DNA of 64,000 nucleotides from Undibacterium sp. (GTDB lineage: Bacteria > Pseudomonadota > Gammaproteobacteria > Burkholderiales > Burkholderiaceae_D), in the NCBI GenBank assembly GCA_025352365.1, contig JANXTO010000136.1, positions 2,010 to 66,009 on the forward strand. Reading direction: 5' to 3'. The notes under the pieces were generated by a model, which was given only the letters and a program-made list of their open reading frames with translations, was not told the origin of the DNA and did no database searches. Below, piece after piece: positions 30,270 to 39,879 of the stretch. Every line of letters begins with the position of its first letter. Within the stretch, counting starts at the first letter, position 1. A program made the translations under genes and the position numbers.

Positions 30270-30631
30270 TGTCCACCGCCGCTCTGATCGCCCTGATCAG
30301 GATGACTCCCCGCTACTGAACGGGAATGCTCAAGACGTGTGGCGCGTTGACGACTTTTTCTGGTGGCTAAGACACTCACCAAAATTAAGAGCTTAATCAT
30401 CAAAAAGCTAAGAAATAAAACCAGAGCCAAAGGCAAAATGGTCAGCAAAATGGCTAATGCAATCGACAAGATGAGCAATTGCGGCGCAGGCAAGCGGCGC
30501 ACCCAGCGCAGACCAGTGCGGGCAAGATCGATGACAGTCGTCCACAATTCTCTCAATAAAGCGGTGACAGCGTCGAATGTGCTTTCTGGTTTTTGTGTTT
30601 GCGAGTTGGTTTGTTGTGTTTGCTCTTGCAT
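30266..30631 (-). CDS. Small membrane protein (121 aa), translationally coupled to the LytS-type kinase
   Basis: An ATG at 30631 lies 7 nt after GGAG. There are two hydrophobic helices. The stop overlaps the kinase start (ATGA at 30266-30269). The upstream part of the 211-aa track ORF looks non-coding. Confidence 0.5.
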   Translation of the reverse strand: MQEQTQQTNSQTQKPESTFDAVTALLRELWTTVIDLARTGLRWVRRLPAPQLLILSIALAILLTILPLALVLFLSFLMIKLLILVSVLATRKSRQRATRLEHSRSVAGSHPDQGDQSGGGQ

Positions 30632-31052
30632 GATCATGCTCCATTGGTTTGAAAGGTGGGAACTTCTAACAACCCTATAGTCGAGATGCAGCGCTAGGCA
30701 CAAAACGCAGCAATACGTCGGTATTGCGAGGCTTTGTAACGACGCGATGCGCTCGAGTATAGAGTTGTAAGAAATTCCCGAGGCATTGCTGCCGACATGC
30801 ACACTATATTTAAGATGGATCAGCGTCACCAGCAACATATGACCGATTGCTGACTTGAGGGTTTTATTGGTCGATGTGCCGGATAAACGGTAGTCAGGCA
30901 AAAACCCAGTGCTATCTGTACCAGGATTTCGACCATATCTCTGGCTAAATAGCTAATTGGTGCTTGTAACATACAATAGAAGAACTTCTATAAGAAAAAC
31001 ATTATCTTAGCTGCGTCCGGTTTAACCAAATCATTTGAACTGCCCTTATTAA

Positions 31053-31601
31053 TTGATTGTACAAATGTCTTTATTTTTATCCTCAAAAATGCCACGTCGT
31101 TACCCTCACCTGATCGCACTTGCTTGTGCATTTTTATTGTGTGCTTGCTCACCTAAGTTCGATTGGCGTGAGGTTCGCGGCAGCGATGTGCCGTACACAG
31201 TTTTAATGCCCGCCAAGCCAGCCAGTTTTTCACGCGATATGCAGTTGGACGGTACGCAATTTAAAATGGAAATGACAGGCGCAGACGTAGACGGCGTGAG
31301 CTTTGCCATCGGCACCGCTAAAATTGAGGATGCGAGCAAAATTGCTATGGTATTGGCAGCCATGAAAAATGGCATGATCAATAATATCCACGGGTCCATC
31401 GTGAGCGAAAAACCTAGCAAACTTGAGCATTCAGTTGATGTTGAGGCGCACGGCAATTTGCAAAATGGTCAGCCAGTCCTATTGGTCGCGCGGTTTATCA
31501 CACGTGGACCCTGGGTGTATCAGGCGGTGATTATGGGGCGAGAAAAAGCCGTCACCCCTGATGTGATTGATACTTTTATGACCTCATTTAAAATTAATTA
31601 A
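31053..31601 (+). CDS. Hypothetical lipoprotein
   Basis: Lipobox LLCAC, with possible starts at 31053, 31065 or 31089. No family was recognised. Confidence 0.55.
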   Translation: MIVQMSLFLSSKMPRRYPHLIALACAFLLCACSPKFDWREVRGSDVPYTVLMPAKPASFSRDMQLDGTQFKMEMTGADVDGVSFAIGTAKIEDASKIAMVLAAMKNGMINNIHGSIVSEKPSKLEHSVDVEAHGNLQNGQPVLLVARFITRGPWVYQAVIMGREKAVTPDVIDTFMTSFKIN

Positions 31602-31670
31602 ATCATTGATTAAGTAAGTAATCGGACTTACGCAAAACCATTATCTTTTTATCTTTGAGACTCACACAGT

Positions 31671-31928
31671 ATGAAATTACCAGAACTTGATACCGCAACA
31701 GTCGATCGCGTCATACAAATGGCGTGGGAAGATAGGACGCCGTTTGAGGCAATCCAAGTACAATTTGGGCTGGATGAAAAAAACGTGATCGCTGTCATGC
31801 GTAAATATATGAAGCGATCCAGTTTTGAGATGTGGCGCAAACGGGTCACAGGGCGCAGTACCAAGCACCTGGCCTTGCGCGATCCTGACGTGACGCGCTT
31901 CCGCTCAGAAGATCAGCGTACCCGTTGA
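31671..31928 (+). CDS. TIGR03643 (DUF2805) family protein
   Basis: The highly characteristic block MAWEDRTPFEAIQVQFGL...MWRKRVTGRSTKH. Confidence 0.85.
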   Translation: MKLPELDTATVDRVIQMAWEDRTPFEAIQVQFGLDEKNVIAVMRKYMKRSSFEMWRKRVTGRSTKHLALRDPDVTRFRSEDQRTR

Positions 31929-32141
31929 TGTGACTCAAATAAGCTGAATGGGTTAAGAATTGCCGAGGCTAATTTTTCGGCATATCATTAATCTAAAGCT
32001 TAACTGAACTATTCATCAACCAGCACCAACGAAAAAACTGTTATAGCGAGGCTGCGATAGCGGTTTTGTGCAAGCTCTGCCAGACTCCAACAAATTCAAT
32101 CAAAAATAGCATCAGCTCATATTTATCAATAGGGAAAATTC

Positions 32142-32486
32142 ATGTTAATCACGTTCAAATCGAAAGCCGCCACCGAAGTCACCATGTACAAAGAACACGC
32201 GCGTCGGATATTGGATATGCTGAATAAAAATGTCGATCAGGGCATTATCACTGCGGCAGAAACTGCGCATGCGATCCAGGTCATCGAGGCTGCGGTTGCT
32301 GACAGCAAAGCGCATAGTGTGTCGGAAGAATTGCAACGCGATATTGATGCGCACCACCACGACGATCAGCATGATAACGAGCATGAAAAAGCTGAAACAG
32401 TCAGTTTCTCCAGCCGCGCGTATCCTTTGCTTGAAATGCTGCATGCAGCGCATAAAATGCAAAGAGAAGTGATGTGGGGCGTTTAG
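32142..32486 (+). CDS. DUF1840-domain protein
   Basis: The N-terminus MLITFKSKAATEVTMYKEHARRILDML is typical of DUF1840. Confidence 0.75.
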   Translation: MLITFKSKAATEVTMYKEHARRILDMLNKNVDQGIITAAETAHAIQVIEAAVADSKAHSVSEELQRDIDAHHHDDQHDNEHEKAETVSFSSRAYPLLEMLHAAHKMQREVMWGV

Positions 32487-32508
32487 TTTAGCCCCATCGG
32501 AGGCAGCG

Positions 32509-33375
32509 ATGACATCGCATATTGATAAAACGCTAGAGTTTAGCTTGTCCGCCAGTGACGGCACGTCTCTCTTTGTGCGTGACTGGCCATTGTCTCTGAC
32601 GGATGACAAAAAACCGGTACACGATGGCATTGTGATCATGCATGGTCTGGGCGAGCATTGCGGTCGCTATGCGCATGTGGCGCGGTTTTTTAACGCATTG
32701 GGATTTGCGGTACGCACTTATGATCATCGCGGCCATGGCGCATCTGGTGGTGCACGTGGCGATAGTCCTGACGAAGAATCTTTGCTGCGTGATGCCAGAC
32801 TGGTGATTAATGATTTCAGCAAACATCTGACTGCGCCTCCGTTATTGTTAGGGCATAGCATGGGCGGCTTGTTTGCAGCGCGTTTTGCGACTGCTGGTTT
32901 GGCGCCTATCCGTGGATTAATTTTGTCCTCCCCGGCGTTGGCATTACCGATGTCTGGCATGCAGCTGGCCTTACTCAAAGTTGCCAGTGTCTTGTTCCCT
33001 GGCCTTGGTGTTTCTAATGGTTTAAAAACAAAGTATTTGTCGCATGATGCAGAGGTAATTCAGGCCTACATCAACGATACTCAGGTGCACTCCAAAATCA
33101 GCGCACGCTTATTAAATAGTATGCTGGCCTCGATGGAATACGCCCATGATCACGCGCCACAACTTAAAATTCCGGTACTAATGATCGTCGCAGGCGATGA
33201 TCATCTGGTTGACCCCGAGGGCAGCCAACGCTTTTTTGTCCGCTTACCGGAAGAAACTGCGCAGGCGTATTTTTACGATGGCTTTTATCACGAGATTTTT
33301 AATGAGCTGGAAGCCACCCGTGTCTTTGACGATGTGCGGACATGGCTGGTGCAGCGACATTTCATCGCAGCCTGA
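32509..33375 (+). CDS. Alpha/beta hydrolase (lysophospholipase / monoacylglycerol lipase-like)
   Basis: HG oxyanion motif (IMHGLGEH), nucleophile elbow GHSMGG, and C-terminal D and H residues (GDDHLVD and YHEIF). Confidence 0.82.
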   Translation: MTSHIDKTLEFSLSASDGTSLFVRDWPLSLTDDKKPVHDGIVIMHGLGEHCGRYAHVARFFNALGFAVRTYDHRGHGASGGARGDSPDEESLLRDARLVINDFSKHLTAPPLLLGHSMGGLFAARFATAGLAPIRGLILSSPALALPMSGMQLALLKVASVLFPGLGVSNGLKTKYLSHDAEVIQAYINDTQVHSKISARLLNSMLASMEYAHDHAPQLKIPVLMIVAGDDHLVDPEGSQRFFVRLPEETAQAYFYDGFYHEIFNELEATRVFDDVRTWLVQRHFIAA

Positions 33376-33395
33376 CCACAGCTTAGCCACAAAAC

Positions 33396-33481
33396 ATAAA
33401 TACTCCCAGTAGGTATATATTAGTTGTCCTTATAAAACCTACCTGATACGTCATTTTTAAGATGAAAATTGGGGGGTATAT
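33396..33481 (+). repeat. Copy 6 of the ~85-bp intergenic repeat (degenerate core)
   Basis: AAATACTCCCAGTAGGTATAT hairpin, a half core TTGTCCTTATAAAA, and terminal TTGGGGGGTATAT. Confidence 0.65.
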
Positions 33482-33670
33482 TAAAACCTAGGACATTTGA
33501 TATTGGCTGATATCGAACTATTAGTTATTCTCACGATCTTCTCCTTGCCTTTGTAATTCTCAGTGGCGAACGGTTTTACCTCAAAAGCTGGCTGACCAGA
33601 ACGCGTTTTTAGCGAATACGCTAGCGCGGCTGTTACACTGGCAGCCAAAATTGTTTAAACGAATGCACAT

Positions 33671-35383
33671 ATGCTACAACCGCCAAGAAAAACCTTAAAG
33701 ATCACTAAAACTGCCGCATCAGGCGCTGTCCAAAAGGACAATAAGACCAATAAATCAGGCAGGCCAGCGACCTCTAAGCCATATGCAAAGTCCGACCAAC
33801 CGGCACGGTCGGCACCATTAGCACCAGCGCCAAAATCCTCCCCGTCATCTGATGACATTGCAGACCAGCGTAGGCCCGGCAAACCGGCGGCAACTGATGC
33901 AGCAGCGGCTAGACCTTTAGCACCAGCCTCATTAAGCCCGTCAAGCTCATCAAACGCCCCTAGCGCGCAGCCAAACGCTTATGTGCACGATATATCGGGC
34001 GTAGAGTATCTAGATATAAAAGCAGATTCGCTCGCCTTTAGTCTGGTGGGGGCGGCGCAAGCCGTAGCTTATGTATTAGACGGCGTGGCATTGCCACAAG
34101 CCTTGGCTAAAGTGTTTACGCAAAGCAAGGCAACGCCGCAAATTAAAGGGGCGATTCAAGACATTTCTTATCGCACTATGCGTCAGGTTGGTCGGGTTGA
34201 TGCCTTACTCACTTTGATGACAACCAAAGCACCGGAACCGGCATTGTTATACGGATTGCTGTGTTGTGCGTTGACTTTGCTGGTCAAAAACGAGGCGGAA
34301 GAAGATCAGGAACTGCCTTACGAAGCCTTTGTAGTGGTCGACCAAGCAGTGAATGCGGCGGCATCCAGTTCACACATGGCGCATGCCAAAAACATGGTCA
34401 ACGCGATTTTGCGGCGCTTTCTGCGTGAGCAAGACAGTTTGCTGGCTACCGTGATCAAACAACCAGCGGCGCTGTGGAATTATCCGCAATGGTGGATTGA
34501 TCAATGCAAGGCGGCGTACCCTGATCAATGGCAAGCGATTTTGCGCACAGGCAATCAACATCCGCCGATGACGCTGCGGGTGAATCGTCGTCAGATCACG
34601 ACTGAGGCGTATCTACAAACGCTGGCAAGCGAACACATAGAAGCAATCCAAATCGGACCGTATGCAGTGCGTCTGACAAAACCGATGCCGGTGGCACAAA
34701 TCCCTGGTTTTGAGCAAGGCTGGGTTTCAGTACAAGATGCAGGCGCACAATTAGCTGCAAGTTTGCTCGATGTACAAGACGGTATGCGAGTGCTAGATGC
34801 CTGTGCTGCTCCGGGCGGCAAGTCTTGCCATATTCTGGAAACAGCCAATGTCGGTTTATTAGCCTTGGATGCAGACCCGCAGCGCTTGGGGCGGATCGAC
34901 GAAAATCTGGCGCGCTTGCAATTGTCAGCAGAGGTGAAAGAAGGCGATGCCAGCCGCTCTGGCTGGTGGGATAAACAGGGGTTTGACCGGATTTTGGCAG
35001 ATATTCCTTGCACCGCATCCGGCGTGGTGCGCCGTCATCCTGATATTCGCTGGTTAAGGCGCAAGGCGGATGCAGTGCAGTTATCGACCTTATCCGCCCG
35101 GATTTTAGACAATCTATGGCGCATGCTGAAACCGGAGGGCAAACTGCTGTTGGTCACTTGTTCTATCTGGCCAATGGAGTCTGAATTGCAGGCAGCGGCG
35201 TTTGCAAAACGTCATAAGGCCATCCGTCTGGATGCACCTGGTCAACTTTTGCCGACCGCAATTGTGCTGAATAAAGCGACGGAGCAGCTAACTGAGCAAG
35301 CGACTGAGGCAGGCACAACGTCGGCTGAGAACAACGATCATGACGGTTTGTTCTACGCTTTGTTTCAAAAACCCGCCGCTTAG
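33671..35383 (+). CDS. rsmB: 16S rRNA (cytosine967-C5)-methyltransferase RsmB; start uncertain
   Basis: NusB-like N-domain, SAM motif DACAAPGGK, and catalytic DIPCTASG and C in LVTCS. The ~105-aa Lys/Pro/Ser/Ala-rich N-terminal extension may be real. Alternatively the start may be the in-frame GTG at 33983. Confidence 0.88.
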   Translation: MLQPPRKTLKITKTAASGAVQKDNKTNKSGRPATSKPYAKSDQPARSAPLAPAPKSSPSSDDIADQRRPGKPAATDAAAARPLAPASLSPSSSSNAPSAQPNAYVHDISGVEYLDIKADSLAFSLVGAAQAVAYVLDGVALPQALAKVFTQSKATPQIKGAIQDISYRTMRQVGRVDALLTLMTTKAPEPALLYGLLCCALTLLVKNEAEEDQELPYEAFVVVDQAVNAAASSSHMAHAKNMVNAILRRFLREQDSLLATVIKQPAALWNYPQWWIDQCKAAYPDQWQAILRTGNQHPPMTLRVNRRQITTEAYLQTLASEHIEAIQIGPYAVRLTKPMPVAQIPGFEQGWVSVQDAGAQLAASLLDVQDGMRVLDACAAPGGKSCHILETANVGLLALDADPQRLGRIDENLARLQLSAEVKEGDASRSGWWDKQGFDRILADIPCTASGVVRRHPDIRWLRRKADAVQLSTLSARILDNLWRMLKPEGKLLLVTCSIWPMESELQAAAFAKRHKAIRLDAPGQLLPTAIVLNKATEQLTEQATEAGTTSAENNDHDGLFYALFQKPAA

Positions 35384-35466
35384 CACTTATTGCTAAAACT
35401 TAATAAAATTCAGAGCGACTTTCAAGCTATGATGCGAAAAACCGCACTCATACTTATCAGACAATC

Positions 35467-36105
35467 ATGATCCTTGTTTCGCCTCATCATAATTTTATGA
35501 TCAGACGCTCTATTCACTTACTCAACGGCCTGCAGGCCGGATGGTTCAGCATGCTGTTAATGCTGGCGTTTGCCTGCATTACTGCCTTAGCGGCACCAAC
35601 AGTTTTTGCCGCCGATGTTGAAGTGACCCTGGCAAAACTGGAAACTACCGAAGAAGGTTACCGGATTGCTACCGGTTTTGCTTTTGAGTTAAGTCACGGG
35701 CTAGAAGATGCGATCACCCGCGGCATACCGATGGTATTTACGACCGAGGTTGAGCTAAGCCGACCACGTTGGTACTGGTTTGACGAAAAAACCATACGCT
35801 CGTCTCAGACCGTCCGCATTGCCTACAATATTTTGACGCTCAAATATACTGCGACGATCAACAATGGCGTACAGCAAACATTTGACAGCCTCAGCGAAGC
35901 GATGGCCGTGGTACTTCGCCCAAGGCGCTGGATCGTTGTAGAGCATGGCATTCTGACGAATGGCGCAGTGTACAACGTAGCAGTTCGTTTAAAACTTGAT
36001 TTAAGCCAGCTACCGAAACCGTTTTTGATCAGCGCTTTAAATAATAGCGACTGGCGGCTTGCTTCGGACTGGAAACAGTTCACCTTCAAGGCGGAAGAGA
36101 AGTGA
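35467..36105 (+). CDS. DUF4390-domain protein
   Basis: A signal-peptide protein in the conserved betaproteobacterial position between rsmB and ntrY. Its 3' end overlaps the start of the next gene (36102-36105). An alternative start is at 35497. Confidence 0.65.
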   Translation: MILVSPHHNFMIRRSIHLLNGLQAGWFSMLLMLAFACITALAAPTVFAADVEVTLAKLETTEEGYRIATGFAFELSHGLEDAITRGIPMVFTTEVELSRPRWYWFDEKTIRSSQTVRIAYNILTLKYTATINNGVQQTFDSLSEAMAVVLRPRRWIVVEHGILTNGAVYNVAVRLKLDLSQLPKPFLISALNNSDWRLASDWKQFTFKAEEK

Positions 36106-38456
36106 CACGCTTTCTCCGGTATGCCCTGATTATTGGCGGTGCTCTGATGAGCATCTTGCTATTCTTTTTGACCACTGCATCCGAAAATTCTGCTAATTTT
36201 GAGCATTATTACGGCTGGTTGCTGGGTGCAAATGCCGTCATCGCTTTTGCGCTGTCGGTGTTAGTCATCACTCTTTTGTGGCGTCTGTTGAGGCGCTATC
36301 GGTCTAAGGAGTTTGGCTCTCGCTTGATGACGCGACTGGTGATGTTATTTGCGTTAGTGGGGATTTTGCCGGGCGCGGTGATTTACGTCGTGTCAGTGCA
36401 ATTCGTCACCCGCTCTATCGAATCCTGGTTTGATGTCAAAGTCGAGGCGGCGATTGAATCAGGCTTAAATCTGGGACGTAGTGCGCTAGAGTTCTCATTA
36501 GCCGATCTGGAATCCAAAGCCCAAAATATGTCCGGCCGCTTAGCAGAGCCCTCTGAATTGAGCTTGTCGATCCGGTTAGGACGCTTACGAGAACAGCTGG
36601 ATGTGCAAGACGCCACTCTCGTTAATAGCAAAGGACGGGTTATTGCCACCGCCTCCGCCAACATGGGGCGACTGGTGCCAGATTTGCCTACCCCGGCGAT
36701 GATACGGCAGGCGCGGGTATCGCATGCGTATGCCGCGACTGAGGGCAATTCTGAACCGGTCTCGTTTATTGACAATAGTGCCGCTAATGCAGGTGCTAGC
36801 CGCCCAGTGCTGCCAGCAGAGCCACGTGATCTGCTACGTTCGCGCGTCGTGATTGCCCTGCACTCCGCCACTGGCACCAATACAAGTGGTTTGTCTCTGC
36901 AAAATGAAGCAATTTATTTGCAATTAATCCATCCCGTACCTACCACGCTCGCCACGCATGCAGAAGCACTTCGCAATGCGTCGGCAGAATATCAAGTCCG
37001 CTCATTAGGACGCGGCAGCTTGAAGACGATGTATATCTTTACCCTCACGCTGACTTTATTGCTGGCAATTTTTGCCGCAGTCACCAGCGCTTTTCTGATC
37101 TCCGGCGAGCTGGCGCGCCCTCTTCTGTTATTGGCCGAAGGTACCAAAGCGGTAGCAGAAGGTAATCTCTCGCCACGCCCGATCATCACAACATCGGATG
37201 AACTTGGCAGTCTGACGCAATCGTTTAACACCATGACCCGGCAGCTATTTGATGCGCGTGCCGCAGTAGAGAAAAACCGTAGCGAGTTAGAAAACGCCAA
37301 AGCCTATTTAGAATCCGTATTGGCCAACATGTCCGCTGGTGTAATGGTGCTTGATCAGCATGCCAATTTAGTTACCTGTAACGAGTCGGTAGAGCGGATT
37401 TTGCAACGCAGTTTAGAGCATGACATCGGCAAGCCAATCAGCGAGATCGAAGGCATGAGCGGCTTCGCCGTGGCAGTCGATAAAGCATTCTCTGAGCAGC
37501 ATGCACAATCCGCCGCCGGTGGCGAGGATGAGAACGCGCAGCATTGGCAGCAGCAAATCGAAATTCCGCGTCTACAAACTAACAGAACAGAAAGCACGGC
37601 GCCTAATAATACCGAAGAACAAGGTATTACCTTATTAGCACGCGGCTCACATTTGCCGGTCTCTTCGGGCAACGGTTATGTGGTGGTATTTGATGACATC
37701 AGCAATATTATCTCGGCACAGCGGTCAATCGCTTGGGGCGAAGTGGCGCGAAGGCTGGCGCATGAGATCAAAAATCCGCTGACACCGATCCAGTTATCGG
37801 CCGAACGTCTGCAGATGAAGTTGCAAGACAAACTAAGCGAAGCCGATGTTGCTATTCTTAAGAAAAGTACGACCACGATAGTCAATCAGGTCACCTCGAT
37901 GAAGCGTATGGTGGATGATTTCCGCGATTACGCAAAAACACCGCCCGCCGTTCTGACGCCATTAAATCTGGCCGCCTTAATCGATGAGGTACTCCATTTG
38001 TATATGGCTGGCGATGGGCGGGATGCGATCAAACTCAAGTTGGCCAGCAATCTTCCCTTAGTCATGGGTGATGCTACCCAGCTGCGCCAGGTAATCCATA
38101 ATCTTTTACAAAACGCGCAAGATGCGGTTGCTGACAACGCCAAACCAGGCGCGATCCCGCAAATTGATGTGGTTGCGGAGCTAGTTCGTTACACCAGTGC
38201 CGACAAGGCAGAACGCGCTGCGGTGCGGCTGTCTATCATTGATAACGGGCCAGGTTTTTCTAGTAAAATTTTAGCGCGCGCCTTTGAGCCGTATGCCACC
38301 TCCAAACCACGCGGCACCGGTTTAGGCCTGGCGATGGTGAAAAAAATTATTGATGAACATGGCGGTAGAATTGATATTCAAAATCGTAGCGATACAAACG
38401 GTGCAAAAATATCGATTTTGCTGTTAAAGTTAGCACCGGATTCAAATGTCGTTTAA
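36102..38456 (+). CDS. ntrY: NtrY-like sensor histidine kinase (multi-TM, HAMP, PAS, HisKA, HATPase_c)
   Basis: N-terminal TM bundle, HAMP (ELARPLLLLAEGTKAVAEGNL), PAS, H-box AHEIKNPLTPI, and N/G boxes (NLLQNAQDA and GTGLGLAMV). Confidence 0.8.
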   Translation: MTRFLRYALIIGGALMSILLFFLTTASENSANFEHYYGWLLGANAVIAFALSVLVITLLWRLLRRYRSKEFGSRLMTRLVMLFALVGILPGAVIYVVSVQFVTRSIESWFDVKVEAAIESGLNLGRSALEFSLADLESKAQNMSGRLAEPSELSLSIRLGRLREQLDVQDATLVNSKGRVIATASANMGRLVPDLPTPAMIRQARVSHAYAATEGNSEPVSFIDNSAANAGASRPVLPAEPRDLLRSRVVIALHSATGTNTSGLSLQNEAIYLQLIHPVPTTLATHAEALRNASAEYQVRSLGRGSLKTMYIFTLTLTLLLAIFAAVTSAFLISGELARPLLLLAEGTKAVAEGNLSPRPIITTSDELGSLTQSFNTMTRQLFDARAAVEKNRSELENAKAYLESVLANMSAGVMVLDQHANLVTCNESVERILQRSLEHDIGKPISEIEGMSGFAVAVDKAFSEQHAQSAAGGEDENAQHWQQQIEIPRLQTNRTESTAPNNTEEQGITLLARGSHLPVSSGNGYVVVFDDISNIISAQRSIAWGEVARRLAHEIKNPLTPIQLSAERLQMKLQDKLSEADVAILKKSTTTIVNQVTSMKRMVDDFRDYAKTPPAVLTPLNLAALIDEVLHLYMAGDGRDAIKLKLASNLPLVMGDATQLRQVIHNLLQNAQDAVADNAKPGAIPQIDVVAELVRYTSADKAERAAVRLSIIDNGPGFSSKILARAFEPYATSKPRGTGLGLAMVKKIIDEHGGRIDIQNRSDTNGAKISILLLKLAPDSNVV

Positions 38457-38540
38457 TTTGATTTCCACTATTGCTATGTGCGATGGAACCCACCAGAGGA
38501 ACACTGCATGGTAATGGACCAGAATTTAATAGGGTAATTT

Positions 38541-39296
38541 ATGGCAAACATATTGGTCGTCGATGACGAAATGGGCATCCGGGAACTACTCTCGGAGATT
38601 TTAGGCGACGAGGGACACGTCGTTCAACTGGCAGAAAATGCCCAGCAAGCGCGCGAAGCAAGAGCGGCATCCCGCCCTGACTTGGTGTTGCTGGATATCT
38701 GGATGCCAGATACCGACGGCGTCACACTCCTTAAAGAATGGCAACGCGACGGTATGTTGACGATGCCCGTCATCATGATGTCTGGTCACGCCACCATCGA
38801 TACTGCGGTCGAGGCCACCCGGATTGGCGCACTGAACTTTTTAGAAAAGCCCATCGCCCTGCAAAAACTGCTGAAAGCAGTTCAGCAAGGTCTGACGCGC
38901 ACGCCAGAAGTAGCCCGCCCTGCGGCACCCGCTTTACGTGTGATCACTGGCGATTCTCTTGGCAATAGTGGCAATAGCAATAGCTTGAGTAACTCCAATA
39001 GCCTGACATCTAGTAGCTTCGCCTCCAGCGCCAGCAATTTTGATCAGCGCAATTTTACGACGGCGCAAAGTCCTCTACCGGCGGTGAATAATCAGTTTGC
39101 CAATCTGTCCTTCGATTTGCCACTGAGAGAAGCACGCGATGCTTTTGAGCGTATTTATTTTGAATACCATCTCAACCGCGAAGGTGGCAGCATGACCCGC
39201 GTAGCAGAAAAAACGGGTTTAGAACGCACCCATCTGTATCGTAAATTAAAGCAACTTGGAGTGGAGTCAGTTAAATACGCCAAACGCGGCGAATAA
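38541..39296 (+). CDS. NtrX-like response regulator (REC + C-terminal Fis-type HTH, no AAA+ domain)
   Basis: Receiver domain (ILVVDDEMGIR...LVLLDIWMPD...LEKP), a Ser/Asn-rich linker, and a C-terminal HTH (GSMTRVAEKTGLERTHLYRKLKQLG). Confidence 0.8.
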   Translation: MANILVVDDEMGIRELLSEILGDEGHVVQLAENAQQAREARAASRPDLVLLDIWMPDTDGVTLLKEWQRDGMLTMPVIMMSGHATIDTAVEATRIGALNFLEKPIALQKLLKAVQQGLTRTPEVARPAAPALRVITGDSLGNSGNSNSLSNSNSLTSSSFASSASNFDQRNFTTAQSPLPAVNNQFANLSFDLPLREARDAFERIYFEYHLNREGGSMTRVAEKTGLERTHLYRKLKQLGVESVKYAKRGE

Positions 39297-39302
39297 AACT
39301 GC

Positions 39303-39773
39303 ATGCAAGAATCTAACTTGCGCACGTTGCCCACATGTCCTACATCAGTCACGCTGGTCAGCGGCGGCAGTTATCAGCAAAGAGAGTCTGCGATTGCTGC
39401 CGCTGTACAAAAGATGCAAGTCCTTGCCGGTATCCATAGCGTCAATTCTGTCGCCGTCATACTGGAAGGCTTGCCCAGTGGTGAACTGGCACTCCAAGTC
39501 ATCAACGATAGATTGTCTGATCCGGCAACAGCACCGCAGACAAAGCTCAAACCCACACTACGAATACAACGCATCGCACCTGGCTGTATGTGTTGCATAG
39601 GCAATCTCGCCATGCGCGTTACACTCAATCGTCTGTTACGACAAAAACCCAATTATCTGTTTCTGGCACTAGGCAATCCAGAGCATTTAACACAACTGCG
39701 TGACTTTTTATCACAAGCGCCGTATGTGGACTTGCTGAAATTCGATGCAGATATTATTTTAAGCTCTGGCTGA
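39303..39773 (+). CDS. Hypothetical protein resembling a P-loop-less CobW/COG0523 (G3E) N-domain
   Basis: The block order resembles CobW. VTLVSGGSYQQRES occupies the Walker-A position, followed by VAVILEG, GCMCC (as in GCICC) and LFLALGNPEHL. There is no GxxGxGK[ST]. The alignment is by eye only. Confidence 0.45.
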   Translation: MQESNLRTLPTCPTSVTLVSGGSYQQRESAIAAAVQKMQVLAGIHSVNSVAVILEGLPSGELALQVINDRLSDPATAPQTKLKPTLRIQRIAPGCMCCIGNLAMRVTLNRLLRQKPNYLFLALGNPEHLTQLRDFLSQAPYVDLLKFDADIILSSG

Positions 39774-39793
39774 TAAAATAAAGCTCAAAAATT

Positions 39794-39879
39794 TATATAC
39801 TCCCCATCATTTTTACAAAAATAGCCGTATTGTCCAATCATTATATGGACAATAAAATATACTCCTACAAGCATAAATA
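39794..39879 (-). repeat. Copy 7 of the ~85-bp intergenic repeat
   Basis: TATATACTCCCC (39794-39805), core TTGTCCAATCATTATATGGACAAT, and AAAATATACTCCTACAAGCATAAATA. Confidence 0.8.

Noticed and set aside
34591-35018. Two overlapping 140-aa minus-strand ORFs antisense to rsmB, and a 165-aa ORF (36383-36880) antisense to ntrY.
   Set aside because: Both are shadow ORFs within strongly supported coding regions. Their Arg/Ser/Cys-rich composition is typical of antisense frames.
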